From contig VGTH01000009.1 of the NCBI GenBank assembly GCA_016874755.1, positions 4,933 to 68,932 of the forward strand: a stretch of DNA of 64,000 bases, in the 5' to 3' direction. This document shows, one piece after another, positions 1-10,126 of the stretch; positions within the stretch are counted from its first letter, which is position 1; every line of letters begins with the position of its first letter. Source of the stretch: Deltaproteobacteria bacterium. Its GTDB lineage: Bacteria > Desulfobacterota > Binatia > UBA9968. The position numbers and the translations under genes were made by a program. The notes below the pieces were generated by a model that was not told the origin of the DNA, did no database searches, and saw nothing but the letters and a program-made list of their open reading frames with translations.

Positions 1-435
1 CGCCGCCGCAGCGTTGCCGAGCACATGGGCGATGTCGGCGTGCAGCGTCAGAGCCGTCACGACACGCCACAGCTCACCGTTGAGAATCCGTTCAGCATCG
101 GCGCTGCCGCGTTGCAACCATGGGAAGGCGGGAGTTTTGAGACTCGTGATGAAAAAGAACAAGAGGAGCAGCTCGCCAAGGATGATGCCCGAAAACAAAC
201 TCATCGGTTCAGGCGGTGTCACCCGCTCGCGCGCTGCCCGTAGATTTTCCTCGTCGTAAGCAGCAAGCGCAGCGCGAGCCGCAGCCGCTTCGTCGGCCCG
301 CACGCTCAGAACAAAGCCATCCATACTCTCACCGACATGCGGCGCCAGGCCCTGCGAGACCAGCACAAGCTCCCATTCCCGCACCAAGGCATGGTCGTGT
401 GTGATACGCACAGAAATGAAAGACTCAGCGATCAC
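1..435 (-). CDS. Rhomboid family intramembrane serine protease (5' part; runs off the window start)
   Basis: Not in the ORF track. Manual minus-strand translation from GTG at 435 is open to position 1 and ends ...GSADAERILNGELWRVVTALTLHADIAHVLGNAAAA, the rhomboid WR..T...LH....H...N motif. Confidence 0.8.
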   Translation of the reverse strand, partial: MIAESFISVRITHDHALVREWELVLVSQGLAPHVGESMDGFVLSVRADEAAAARAALAAYDEENLRAARERVTPPEPMSLFSGIILGELLLLFFFITSLKTPAFPWLQRGSADAERILNGELWRVVTALTLHADIAHVLGNAAAA

Positions 436-446
436 AAGAAAGCGGA

Positions 447-582
447 TTCACCACGGAGACCCAGAGGGCATGGAGCTCGGAAAAAAGATTCCACCACGAA
501 GCACACGAACGACACGGAGTTCGGAGAAAACTTTTTGATTCTCTTCTCTTACCTTCGTGATCTTCGTGTCCTTCGTGGTGAA
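447..582. repeat. Intergenic palindromic repeat built from CACGAAG-like units
   Basis: CCACCACGAAGCACACGAAC...CTTCGTGATCTTCGTGTCCTTCGTGGTGAA inverted pair; related half copy near 40665-40697. Confidence 0.6.
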
Positions 583-665
583 CAATTCTTTGGGGACTAT
601 TTCAGCAAATCCACTACCGCACCCTTCACACTTTCAGTTGACGGCAAGAAAGGCCGCTCATCCCA

Positions 666-1119
666 TTAGGGTAGATACTGATCGGCGCCGGCGACGATGC
701 GCGGCGGCGCCTTCAGGGTTCCCGCCGGTAGTTCGTCGAGCACGCAGCGAACGTGCGTCGCGTAGCCGCCCGGCGCTGGTTCGTCTTGGACGATCAGGAA
801 CCGGCCGGTTTTCTTGGCGGATTGCAAAATCGTTTCTTTGTCCAGCGGCTTGATGAATCCCAGGCTGATGACTTCCACGGCAGCAGGATTTTTTTGCCAA
901 TTCATCGGCGACGTCTTCCGCCAGCGCGGCGCAGCGGCGGGCGGCGACGATCGTCAAACAATCACCGGCGCGGGTCACCAGCGCTTTGCCTTTGGGATTG
1001 ACGTCGGCAACGTCGCCCGTGCGGGTCGGCATCGAGCGGTCTTCGAAAAACAACGTCGGCGTCGGGCGATTCAAAGCATCGCGAAAATTCCAGTAGGCTT
1101 CATTCGGCGAGCCGGGCAC
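666..1119 (-). pseudogene. Fragment of 2-oxoacid dehydrogenase E1 beta / transketolase C-terminal domain
   Basis: PTLFFEDR..GKALVTRAGDCLTIVA in one frame continues as VEVISLGFIKPLDKETILQSAKKTGRFLIVQDE in another; shift in a 7-nt homopolymer near 889-895; N-terminus missing. Confidence 0.75.
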
Positions 1120-1210
1120 TGCTATTTTCTTCTTTCCTTCCCCGCTTCAGGGGAGGATCAAGGTGGGGGCCAGCTCTTCGATGCGGCCCCCATCCTAACC
1201 TCCCCCGAGA

Positions 1211-1652
1211 GAGACTGTGTCGCAATTATCAGGGGTGCTGCGGGGGAAAATATCTGATAACGGGAAAACATTGCAATAACGCAGAGACGATATGCTAAGG
1301 CACGCCGAAAGGAAAGGGAACGAAATGGCGTACCGGTGCGGGGAACGAGAACAGTTGGGATTATTGCCGGCGGGCATAGAAGAGTACGTAGGCCGAGAAG
1401 ACCCGGTGCGGGTCTACGATGCGTTTGTCGAGAGTCTAGATTTTGCGGCGCTGGGGATTGTCCTTGATGACGAGCAGGTAGGGCCACCGGAGTACGATCC
1501 CAAAGCGATGATGAAGCTGTTGGTGTACGGGTATAGCTACGGGGTGAAGGGATCGAGAAAGCTGGAGCGCGAGTGCCATCATAATTTGAGTTTCATGTGG
1601 TGAAAGCCGTGTTGTTTTATGACCGAAAATCCATCGATTGCGACACAGTCCC
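1211..1652 (+). mobile_element. Internally deleted IS1182-family element with intact terminal inverted repeats
   Basis: GACTGTGTCGCAAT (1213-1226) and ATTGCGACACAGTC (1637-1650) are a perfect 14-bp inverted repeat enclosing a truncated transposase. Confidence 0.8.
1325..1603 (+). pseudogene. IS1182-family transposase N-terminal (DUF772-like) fragment
   Basis: YDPKAMMKLLVYGYSYGVKGSRKLERECHHNLSFMW then stop; no DDE domain. Confidence 0.85.
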
Positions 1653-1927
1653 GCGGGAGAGGATAGAGGATAGAGGTGAGGGTGCGTTGTGGGTTGGTCG
1701 AGCCTTCGATCGGCGGGTGATCGAAAGCTACCTCGAAGCTCTTTTGGCGGTCAAGAGAAATGCGATTCCGAGGAAGCGGTTGCACCACCCTCTTGAGAAT
1801 CAGGTCCGATTAAGATATGCATGCTTCCCAAGATGTTGCGTGCAGCTCCGACTTTGCTTCTATTTGTAGTGTAAACGCTCCCAAATTGACCTGAAAAAGA
1901 CAAGTCGCGCTCCAAAGGAGTTCCTTT

Positions 1928-2914
1928 ATGGCCTATGTATTAGCTGTAATCGTCTTCTTCGCCATCGCCGCAAGCAGCGCCCCAACGGCTCGCGGTGCAG
2001 CTTGGGAGCCAACCAAGCCCATTGAATTCGTGATCCCCGCTGGCACTGGCGGCGGCGCCGATCAAATGGCGCGGCTCATCGCCGGCATCGCCGACAAAAA
2101 CAAACTCTCGCCGCGACCGCTCCTGCCAGTGAACAAATCTGGCGGTGCCGGCGCCGAGGGATTTCTCTATGTCAAAGAGAAAAAGGGCGATCCTCACGTG
2201 ATCGTCATCACCCTGTCCAATCTCTTTACCACACCGTTGCACACGGGCATTCCCTTCAATTGGAAGGATTTGACGCCGGTCGCGCGCATGGCGCTCGATC
2301 AATTCATCCTTTGGGTCAACGCGGACACGCCTTACAAAACCGCCAAAGAGTACCTCGCCTCAGTTAAGGAACAATCCGGTGGCAGCGCGCGCATGAAGAT
2401 GGGCGGCACTGGTTCGGCGCAGGAAGATCAAATCATTACGATCCAATTGGAACAGCAGCTCGGTGTCAAGTTCACTTACGTGCCATTCAAGGGTGGCGGC
2501 GAGGTCTGTGTCAATCTAGTCGGTAAACATATCGATTCGACAGTGAACAATCCCGCCGAATGCGTTAGCCACTGGAAGGCAGGACGCGTGCGGCCGTTGG
2601 GAGTATTCGATGGCGCACGTATTACCGAGGGCGATTGGAAGGCGATACCGACCATCAAAGAAGCCCTGGGCGCCGATATCCGCTATCAAATGCTGCGCGG
2701 TATCTTCGCGGCGCCCGACATTCCCAAAGAGGCTTTGCAGTGGCAAACCAGTTTTTTGAAAAAAGTTTTCGACACCGCCGATTTCAAAAAATATCTTGCC
2801 GACGGCGCTTTAAAGCCCGCGTTCAGCACGGGTTCTGAATACATCAAGTGGGTGGACGAGAACGAAAAGATTCACCGCGAATTGATGCAGAAAGAGGGCC
2901 TACTGAAGCAGTAG
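1928..2914 (+). CDS. tctC: Tripartite tricarboxylate transporter substrate-binding protein
   Basis: Signal peptide, PAGTGGGADQMAR, VNKSGGAG, VPFKGGGE motifs; first gene of a tctCBA cluster. Confidence 0.9.
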   Translation: MAYVLAVIVFFAIAASSAPTARGAAWEPTKPIEFVIPAGTGGGADQMARLIAGIADKNKLSPRPLLPVNKSGGAGAEGFLYVKEKKGDPHVIVITLSNLFTTPLHTGIPFNWKDLTPVARMALDQFILWVNADTPYKTAKEYLASVKEQSGGSARMKMGGTGSAQEDQIITIQLEQQLGVKFTYVPFKGGGEVCVNLVGKHIDSTVNNPAECVSHWKAGRVRPLGVFDGARITEGDWKAIPTIKEALGADIRYQMLRGIFAAPDIPKEALQWQTSFLKKVFDTADFKKYLADGALKPAFSTGSEYIKWVDENEKIHRELMQKEGLLKQ

Positions 2915-2915
2915 C

Positions 2916-3377
2916 ATGCGCGCTGCCGAGGTCATCACCGCTTCTCTCCTCGCGCTCTTCGGCGCGCTTGTGCTATTCGATGCTACAAGGTTGGGTATCG
3001 GTTGGGGGAGCGACGGCCCGAAGAGCGGCTTCTTCCCTTTTTGGCTTGCGCTCATCATGGTCGCTTCTTGCATCGTGATCGTCGTACAAGCGCTGCGCCA
3101 AACCCAAAACAAGCCTTTCATCGATCCGCAAGCCCTGCCACCGGTGCTGAAAGTGCTTTGGCCGGCGTTCGCCGCCGTTCTGCTAATGCAGTGGATCGGC
3201 CTCTACGCCGCCTCAGCCATCTACCTGGCGTTCTACATGCGCTGGGTCGGGCGCCAGTCCTGGGGTGCCGTGATAGCACTTTCGCTGGCGATCCCCGTGC
3301 TCAGTTTTTTTGTTTTTGAAAAGTGGTTTCTCGTGCCGATGCCGAAGGGCCCGCTGGAAGCCTGGCTGGGCTACTGA
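2916..3377 (+). CDS. tctB: Tripartite tricarboxylate transporter small membrane subunit
   Basis: Four hydrophobic segments, GP..GFFP motif, C-terminal F...FLVPMPKG. Confidence 0.88.
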   Translation: MRAAEVITASLLALFGALVLFDATRLGIGWGSDGPKSGFFPFWLALIMVASCIVIVVQALRQTQNKPFIDPQALPPVLKVLWPAFAAVLLMQWIGLYAASAIYLAFYMRWVGRQSWGAVIALSLAIPVLSFFVFEKWFLVPMPKGPLEAWLGY

Positions 3378-3380
3378 GTC

Positions 3381-4871
3381 ATGGGCCTGGAAAACCTACT
3401 ACTCGGCTTCCAGATCGCGATCACGCCGTACAATATTTTCGTGGCGGTCATGGGCATTCTGCTCGGCACCGTCATCGGTGTTTTGCCGGGCCTGGGCGGC
3501 GCCAATGGCGTGGCGATACTTTTGCCCGTGACCTTCGCCATGCCGCCGACTTCGGGAATCATTCTGCTAACCTCGATCTACTGGGGTGCCCTCTTCGGCG
3601 GCGCCATCACCTCGGTGCTTTTTAACATTCCCGGCGAGCCCTGGTCGGTGGCGACAACGTTCGACGGCTACCCGATGGCGCGCCAGGGCTTGGGTGGCCA
3701 GGCGCTCACAGCGGCGTTTACGTCGTCATTCATTGGCGCGTTGTTTTCGATTCTCCTCATCACCTTTTTCGCGCCGCTTTTGGCCGAAGTTGCGCTCAAA
3801 TTCGGCCCGGCGGAATTTTTCGCCATACAACTTCTCACCTTCTCCAGTTTCGTCGGCCTCGGCGGCAGCAATCCGCTCAAGTCACTGGTTTCAATCTTGA
3901 TCGGCTTTATCCTCGCCGCGGTGGGGTTGGATATTGTCACCGGCCAATTGCGCTTGACCTTTGGTTTCACCGGCTTGATGAAAGGGTTCGATTTTATCAT
4001 CGCCGTCATCGGCCTGTTCGGCATCGGCGAAATTCTTTTGAGCGTCGAAGAAGGCTTGAGCTTCAAAGGCACCAAGACCGGCATGAACTTGCGGGTTGTC
4101 TTCGACACCTGGAAAGAGCTGCCAGGCTACTGGCGCACCTTTCTGCGCAGCTCCTTCATCGGGTTTTGGATGGGCTTCAAACCGGGCGGCGCAACGCCGG
4201 CGTCGTTCATGAGCTACGCCTTCGCCAAACGCTTTTCCAAAAACAGCGCCAACTTCGGCAAGGGTGAGATCGAGGGCGTAGTTGCGCCGGAGACTGCGGC
4301 ACACTCGGCTGGCATCGCAGCGATGTTGCCGATGATTACCCTGGGCATTCCCGGCTCGCCCACGGCCGCGGTGATGCTCGGCGGTCTGATCATCTGGGGT
4401 TTGCAGCCCGGCCCCATGTTGTTCACCGAAAAACCGGACTTCGTCTGGGGCCTGATCGCCAGCATGTATACCGGCAACATCATTGGCGTCTTGATGGTGC
4501 TGGCGTTTGTGCCGCTCTTTGCGGCCATCCTGCGCATTCCATTTGCGATCTTGACGCCGCTGATCGTGATCGTCTGCGCCATCGGCGCCTACGCGGTCAA
4601 CGGCCGCATGCTCGACGTTTGGTATATGCTGGGGTTCGGCGTTATCGGCTACGTCTTCAAGAAACTCGACTATCCAATCGCGCCGCTCGTGCTGGCGCTG
4701 GTGCTTGGCGATTTGGCTGAGAGCGCCTTGCGTCAGAGCTTGATCATCTCACAAGGCTCATTGGCAATATTCTTCACCCGCCCCATAGCCGGAGCGATCA
4801 CCGCGGCGGCCATATTCTTTTTCGTCATGCCGCTGCTGGGCCCCTGGTGGAAGCGGTTCAAAGAACGCTGA
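3381..4871 (+). CDS. tctA: Tripartite tricarboxylate transporter large membrane subunit
   Basis: GVLPGLG, NIPGEP..VATTFDGYPMARQG, LGIPGSPT motifs. Confidence 0.93.
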   Translation: MGLENLLLGFQIAITPYNIFVAVMGILLGTVIGVLPGLGGANGVAILLPVTFAMPPTSGIILLTSIYWGALFGGAITSVLFNIPGEPWSVATTFDGYPMARQGLGGQALTAAFTSSFIGALFSILLITFFAPLLAEVALKFGPAEFFAIQLLTFSSFVGLGGSNPLKSLVSILIGFILAAVGLDIVTGQLRLTFGFTGLMKGFDFIIAVIGLFGIGEILLSVEEGLSFKGTKTGMNLRVVFDTWKELPGYWRTFLRSSFIGFWMGFKPGGATPASFMSYAFAKRFSKNSANFGKGEIEGVVAPETAAHSAGIAAMLPMITLGIPGSPTAAVMLGGLIIWGLQPGPMLFTEKPDFVWGLIASMYTGNIIGVLMVLAFVPLFAAILRIPFAILTPLIVIVCAIGAYAVNGRMLDVWYMLGFGVIGYVFKKLDYPIAPLVLALVLGDLAESALRQSLIISQGSLAIFFTRPIAGAITAAAIFFFVMPLLGPWWKRFKER

Positions 4872-4872
4872 G

Positions 4873-5721
4873 TCACACCTCTTTTTTCAACACGAGAATA
4901 TCTTGGTGGCCGTTCACTCCGCGTAGAATGTAGTCCACAATGGTAAAATACTTCGCGAAGTTCTCGATCACATACTCCTTGAGGTGAAACGTCGACTGAT
5001 ACCAATCCGGAAAGGCCTCTTTCCAATAATCGTCGACCACGAATAAGATGCCATCCCGCTTGACCTGCGCGATCAGTTTCGCATTGAGCTGTCTCCACAC
5101 ATGCTCACCGTGTAGCGTGAGCAGCACCACCCCCGCCGGCCGGGTCACGCGCCGCAGCTCTTCCAGCCAACGAAACTGAAACTCCTCATTGAGATGCGTG
5201 AAGATCGACACCGCATAGATCAGATCGAAAGTATCATCGGCATAGGGGAGCGGAGGCAACGGCCGATTGACGCTAAACGTGCCCCAGCGATAGTTCTCTT
5301 GACACCAGCGGATCGCCTCGCCGTCGATATCCGTGCCATAGAAAGCCGTGCTGAGCGCCAGGTCCCACCAAATGAAAGTCCGACCACAGCCGCAGCCAAA
5401 ATCCAATATGCTCTGAAAAGAAGAGATCTCGCGGCCCTGGCTCCGCAGCGCGGCGCTAAGACCTTCACTGCACTTACGCCCCTTATTGAGGAACATATCT
5501 GCGCTGTTCTCGCCGCTCACACGCTGGCGCAACGACGCCGGCGGCAGCGCAACGATCCCTTTGCGCTTGAGATGCGCCCGGTTGGGAATTGCTTGTAGCC
5601 GGTGTTTGGGAATGTCCCAAAGCTCAGCGAGCCACAACCAAACGGAACGACGTATTCCGCTCCATGGTTGGCGCAGTACGGCACGCAGGCGTTGATAACT
5701 CTTTGGGGCAATCTCAATCAT
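4873..5721 (-). CDS. Class I SAM-dependent methyltransferase
   Basis: ILDFGCGCGR, GTDID, FDLIYAVSIFTHL. Confidence 0.85.
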   Translation of the reverse strand: MIEIAPKSYQRLRAVLRQPWSGIRRSVWLWLAELWDIPKHRLQAIPNRAHLKRKGIVALPPASLRQRVSGENSADMFLNKGRKCSEGLSAALRSQGREISSFQSILDFGCGCGRTFIWWDLALSTAFYGTDIDGEAIRWCQENYRWGTFSVNRPLPPLPYADDTFDLIYAVSIFTHLNEEFQFRWLEELRRVTRPAGVVLLTLHGEHVWRQLNAKLIAQVKRDGILFVVDDYWKEAFPDWYQSTFHLKEYVIENFAKYFTIVDYILRGVNGHQDILVLKKEV

Positions 5722-5777
5722 GCTGGCTGAAACTGACTTAAGCAGGCACGCGCGGTCAATTCAACGCACCTCTTTTG

Positions 5778-7004
5778 CTAGAGGTGATGGCGAGATACCT
5801 GCGAAATGCTGAAATCTCGCACCAACGGAAATCGCACTATCATGAGGGCCACGATCGCGAGGATCATCAAAGCGCCCGCTGCCACCGACAACTCCGCGCC
5901 GACCACCGCCGCCAGCGCGCCGGCTTGAAACTGGCCGAGTTGCGGCCCGCTATTGGTAAACACACTGTTGATCGCCGACATGCGGCCGCGCAACTCGTCG
6001 GGCGTGCTCAGCTGATTGATCGTCGAGCGCAGCACCGCGCTGATCGTATCGCCGATGCCCGAGCAAACCAGAAAAAAGACCGAGAGCAGAAACCACCGGG
6101 AAAACCCAAACCCAAACAGCGCCAGACCGTAGATGGAAACGCCGATCAAAATCCAGCGGCCGGCGTGGCGCCGCGTCCCCGCGAAACTCATGCCCAGGGC
6201 GCCAATCAACGCGCCAGCGGCGCTGGCGGCGTAGAGTACACCAAGACCCTGGGGCCCCACGGCAAGAATGTCGCGCGCATAAATGGGAAACAATGAGCGT
6301 ACCGTGCCGAAAATGTTGGCGCCCAAGTCCATCATCAAGAACGGAAAAAACACCGCGTGTCCCCAGACAAAACGAAACCCTTCGCCGAGAGCGCTGAGTG
6401 ACACGGTGCGCCAGCCGCCGCGGCCCGGTGCGCGGGCGCGAATCAGTAGCAACGCCGCCAGCATCACCACCCAAGAGGCGGCATCGATGGCGTAGCAGAC
6501 AGCGGGTCCAGCGAAGGCTAACACCAAACCGGCAGCCGATGGACCGGCAATGGTCGCGATCTGACGCTGGGTGCTTTGAATCGCCATGGCGCGCGCCAAG
6601 TCTTCGGCAGGAACCAGGTTCGCAACGATGGCATGGCGCGATGGACCCTCAAGAGATGTAAACAATGCGAGAAAGACCGTTACACCGTAGAGAATCAACA
6701 CATTGATGTGGCCGGTCATCGTGGTCAACGCCAGCGCCGCAGAAACCAAAAACAGGCTGACCTGGGTGATCATCATCAGCTTGCGCCGGTCCACCGCATC
6801 GGCCAGCACACCGCCAAACAGGAGCATCAGCACCTGGGGCACTGCACGCACCAAACCGATCAGGCCAATCTGCAGCGGTGAATTGGTCAGCTCGTAAATC
6901 TGCCAAGCCATCGCCACGGTGGTGAACTGGCTGCCGACGCTGGAGAGCAGTAGACCGATCCAAAAGATCCGAAAATCGCGATGGCGCAGCGGAGATAACA
7001 GCAT
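5778..7004 (-). CDS. MFS transporter (EntS-like family)
   Basis: About 12 TM segments, GGVLADAVDRRK motif A, PDELRGR. Confidence 0.9.
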   Translation of the reverse strand: MLLSPLRHRDFRIFWIGLLLSSVGSQFTTVAMAWQIYELTNSPLQIGLIGLVRAVPQVLMLLFGGVLADAVDRRKLMMITQVSLFLVSAALALTTMTGHINVLILYGVTVFLALFTSLEGPSRHAIVANLVPAEDLARAMAIQSTQRQIATIAGPSAAGLVLAFAGPAVCYAIDAASWVVMLAALLLIRARAPGRGGWRTVSLSALGEGFRFVWGHAVFFPFLMMDLGANIFGTVRSLFPIYARDILAVGPQGLGVLYAASAAGALIGALGMSFAGTRRHAGRWILIGVSIYGLALFGFGFSRWFLLSVFFLVCSGIGDTISAVLRSTINQLSTPDELRGRMSAINSVFTNSGPQLGQFQAGALAAVVGAELSVAAGALMILAIVALMIVRFPLVRDFSISQVSRHHL

Positions 7005-7421
7005 GGGTCAGAGGCAAATCCATCGCAATATAGCGGAGATCAAATCGATAAGGAAATTCCCCGCCTGGCATTCCCGCATCGATAAACTGCCAAACCAGGA
7101 ATTTTCAATGAAAGGCGACGCTGGCCGGGTGTCAGTGGCAGTAAAAGTGTTTCTGTTTCGCCGGGTTCTCCAATTGCTGCCCAGCTCAAGATCATTGATT
7201 AAAAAAGCGACTATTGCTTGCTTTCGCGATTGCACTGGACGCCATATTGACCGATTCAAAATAGCGAGTGCCCTTTGCCCATCTGATGAGCAGCTCCCCT
7301 TCCGGGCCTTCCTCTTTCTGGCCCCTGAGTTTAGAAGCGAGTGCGCGCGCCGACTGGAGATCAGACAGAGCGCTTGATGATTCGATGTTATGAGCGAGCT
7401 TTGAGCAGCCGAAAAATCGCA

Positions 7422-7682
7422 CTAAACGCGGGGCCAGAAGAGGTTGAGAAAGTCGACGTGGTCATAGTCGGGTAAGCGGTAGTGAATCAGCAGGTTCCCC
7501 GATCGATAAAGATAACTGGGCGTGGCCGGGTTGTAATAGCTGGGCATCTTGCCGGGCAAGTTTGGGTTGGCGGCAATGGCCGCCATGGTCATTTCAAGGT
7601 GTTCTAAGTCGCTACGACTGGCGGTTTTTTGAAACAGCGCGAGGTTTTCCAAGAACTGTCGCCCGAGGATGAAGTCAGCCAC
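7422..7682 (-). CDS. Putative type II toxin, divergent RelE/ParE-like
   Basis: 86 aa; GTG start overlaps the antitoxin stop (GTGGCTGA); C-terminal SYLYRSGNLLIHY loosely resembles the RelE YRxRxGxYRxxY region. Confidence 0.55.
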   Translation of the reverse strand: MADFILGRQFLENLALFQKTASRSDLEHLEMTMAAIAANPNLPGKMPSYYNPATPSYLYRSGNLLIHYRLPDYDHVDFLNLFWPRV

Positions 7683-7977
7683 GCAGCAGACCCTTCTTGC
7701 GAGCCGCAGCAAGGATTTTTTCCACCTTAGGAGTTCCAGAGAACTTCAGAGTCCGTCCTGCTTTCGCATCCTCCAACGCCAGGCGCATCGATCGGAGCGC
7801 CTCCGGGTCTTGCCAAAGCCTGGCCACCGCTTTTAGCGTCTGCAGCTCTTCAAAACTGATGATCGCCGCTTTGGGAACCCCCCGCTTGGTGATGATAACC
7901 TGATCACCGTCTTCAACGTCGTCGACAAGATTTAGAAACTTTTGCCTGGCTTCGCTGGTGGTCAAAAACTTATCCAT
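7675..7977 (-). CDS. Phd/YefM family antitoxin
   Basis: TTSEARQKFLNLVDDV..GDQVIITKRGVPKAAIIS; GAGG RBS upstream. Confidence 0.9.
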   Translation of the reverse strand: MDKFLTTSEARQKFLNLVDDVEDGDQVIITKRGVPKAAIISFEELQTLKAVARLWQDPEALRSMRLALEDAKAGRTLKFSGTPKVEKILAAARKKGLLRG

Positions 7978-8000
7978 CGTTACACCTCGTCTCACAAGGA

Positions 8001-8029
8001 AGTGTACAGAACGTTGCTAGCAACCACAA
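8001..8029 (-). promoter_or_regulatory. Putative sigma70 promoter with palindromic operator for the TA pair
   Basis: TTGTGG-17-TACACT on the minus strand; perfect palindrome GTTGCTAGCAAC (8013-8024) in the spacer. Confidence 0.5.
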
Positions 8030-8308
8030 GCGAGGAACTAACCCAAATCAGACGGCCGCGCCAGACAGAGCCAACTTGCTCTCACTGAATCGAAAGCTCA
8101 AGAAGTTCAAGCAGGGACTGCGGCTACGTATTCGAAACCACTTGGTGGCGCAGTACTTCCCGGAGCCGGATCACTGTCATTGGGGAGCCAATGGGGGATA
8201 GGCTAACCCCGTCTTTGGTGTCCCCATTTTGTGTCTCTGGAGGAATAGTCCACTGGAAAGCAGCGAACCACGCTGAGCGTGGTCGATTGGCAGGACTGGG
8301 ATCAACCT

Positions 8309-9130
8309 TTACCTTTGACAACTCGGGCAATAAAACGCGCTACGATTTCCTAGAGTAACGCGCTTGATCTTGCTGGCGCATTGGCGGCAGGGCTCTCCGT
8401 GGCGGTCGTAGACGCGCAGGTGATTTTGGAATTCGCCAGATTTGTCGTCGGCGTCGCGGTAATCTGAGAAACTTGTGCCGCACCAGCGGATGGCGTCACC
8501 TAACAATTCTGGAATTGTCCTAGCGACATCCGCAACTTCTCTTTTCGTCAAACGGCATGCGCGCCGCGTCGGCTTGACGCCGACGATGGCCAGCACTTCG
8601 TTGGCGTAGATGTTACCGAGCCCTGCGACGATCTGCTGGTCGAGTAAGAGATCGCGCATGCGCCGCTCGGACTTGCGCGTGTGTTCGAACAAGAAAGCAG
8701 GTGTCAGTTGAGCGCCGAAGGGATCGACGCCAAGCTGGCGGAATTGCGGCAGCGTTTCGAGCTCAGGCTCCGCCGCCACCAGCGATAGACCGAATCGGCG
8801 CGGGTCGTGGTAGCGCAGCTCGCTTCCATCGTCGAGCTGGACGACGATGTGATCGTGCTTCTGCCGCGCGAGGTTGTCGGTGACACAAATTAACTTGCCC
8901 GACATGCCGAGGTGAAAGATCCAATGCCGCCCGTCGGTCAGCGAAATCAAGATATACTTCGCCCGGCGTGTGATCGCCTCGATGCGCTGGCCCCGCAAGC
9001 GTGCCAGAGCGCGCTCGTCGACGCGCACACGCAGGCGCGGTTCGTAGACTTTGATCTTTTCGATCCGCCGTCCCAGCAAATGTGGCCGCAAACTTCGGCA
9101 CACCGTTTCGACTTCCGGCAATTCAGGCAT
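8309..9130 (-). CDS. mutM: Formamidopyrimidine-DNA glycosylase
   Basis: N-terminal PELPEV, HLGMSG, DPRRFG, GLGNIY, C-terminal zinc finger. Confidence 0.97.
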   Translation of the reverse strand: MPELPEVETVCRSLRPHLLGRRIEKIKVYEPRLRVRVDERALARLRGQRIEAITRRAKYILISLTDGRHWIFHLGMSGKLICVTDNLARQKHDHIVVQLDDGSELRYHDPRRFGLSLVAAEPELETLPQFRQLGVDPFGAQLTPAFLFEHTRKSERRMRDLLLDQQIVAGLGNIYANEVLAIVGVKPTRRACRLTKREVADVARTIPELLGDAIRWCGTSFSDYRDADDKSGEFQNHLRVYDRHGEPCRQCASKIKRVTLGNRSAFYCPSCQR

Positions 9131-10001
9131 TCGCAAGGCCTCGTTGTGCGGGCACGAGCCAACCGCGCGCGCGCAGTCCGCTCATCAAAGCGACAAATTC
9201 ATTAACGGCGAGGCTTTCACCGCGCCGTTTGGGATCGATCTTGTGCTCGGCGAGCAAGTTATCGATGGCGCCGCGCTCGCGCTGAAGCCACGTGACAAGT
9301 CCGTTGCTCAAGGTCTTGCGCCGCTGGCCAAAGGCGGCGCGCAGGAGATTTTTCATTGCCGGAAACTCTTTTTCATCAACTAACGATTGCTCGCGCAAAT
9401 CGATGCGCAGCACCGTCGAACGCACCGTTGGCTTAGGGAAGAACGCTTCCGGCGACACCGACACTTTGTCGGTCACAACGCCATGCAGCTGGCACCACAC
9501 CGAAAGCACGCCGTAGTCTTTCGTGCCCGGTCCGCTGGCAAGGCGATCGGCCACCTCTTTTTGCAGCATGATCACCAAACAGGAAAAATGCCCGCGCAAG
9601 TCGAACAAGCGAAACAAAACTTCCGTCGAAATATTGTAGGGCAGATTGCCAAGGACTTTTATTTTGCGGTCGGGCAGCCAATCAACGATTGGGACTTGCA
9701 AAATATCGCCGGCGATGAGCTGGAAGTTTGCACGCGCCGACCAGTCGCGCCGCTGCAAATATTCGATCAGTCTCCCATCCACCTCCACGGCCCAGACTTT
9801 CTTTGCGTCGGCCACTACGCGCCGCGTCAAAAAGCCGAGTCCTGGGCCAATCTCCAAGACTTCGTCCTCGCTCTCCAGGTGAAGCAATCGCAGGATCGCT
9901 TCGACAACATGCTCGTGAATCAAAAAATTTTGCCCGCGGCTCTTTTTGGCGCGGAGGTCCAACTCGCGCAGTGCGGAGCGAACCTCTTGGTGGAGCGTCA
10001 T
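9123..10001 (-). CDS. rsmA: 16S rRNA m6(2)A dimethyltransferase
   Basis: KKSRGQNFL, LEIGPGLG, GNLPYNIS, QKEVADR; start placed after the upstream repeat. Confidence 0.95.
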   Translation of the reverse strand: MTLHQEVRSALRELDLRAKKSRGQNFLIHEHVVEAILRLLHLESEDEVLEIGPGLGFLTRRVVADAKKVWAVEVDGRLIEYLQRRDWSARANFQLIAGDILQVPIVDWLPDRKIKVLGNLPYNISTEVLFRLFDLRGHFSCLVIMLQKEVADRLASGPGTKDYGVLSVWCQLHGVVTDKVSVSPEAFFPKPTVRSTVLRIDLREQSLVDEKEFPAMKNLLRAAFGQRRKTLSNGLVTWLQRERGAIDNLLAEHKIDPKRRGESLAVNEFVALMSGLRARGWLVPAQRGLANA

Positions 10002-10039
10002 GCGGCCCCTAAGAGACCGGCGCGCGCAGAACTTGCGGA

Positions 10040-10067
10040 GTCCTTCGATAAGCTCAGGACGAACGGA
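10040..10067. repeat. REP-like element of the CTTCGACAAGCTCAGG family
   Basis: TCCTTCGATAAGCTCAGGACGAACGGAA; related copies at 24322-24400 (inverted pair) and 34125-34151. Confidence 0.65.
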
Positions 10068-10126
10068 ACTGAAATTCTCCGAAGTCGGGAAGACATGCAA
10101 ATCCGCTCGGGAGCCTTGCGATCAGT

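Noticed and set aside
7008..7421. Short ORFs between the MFS gene and the TA pair
   Set aside because: No recognisable motif or RBS; possibly a gene remnant but not supportable
8040..8308. Possible small gene or ncRNA downstream of mutM
   Set aside because: Only weak hairpins and an ORF without motifs
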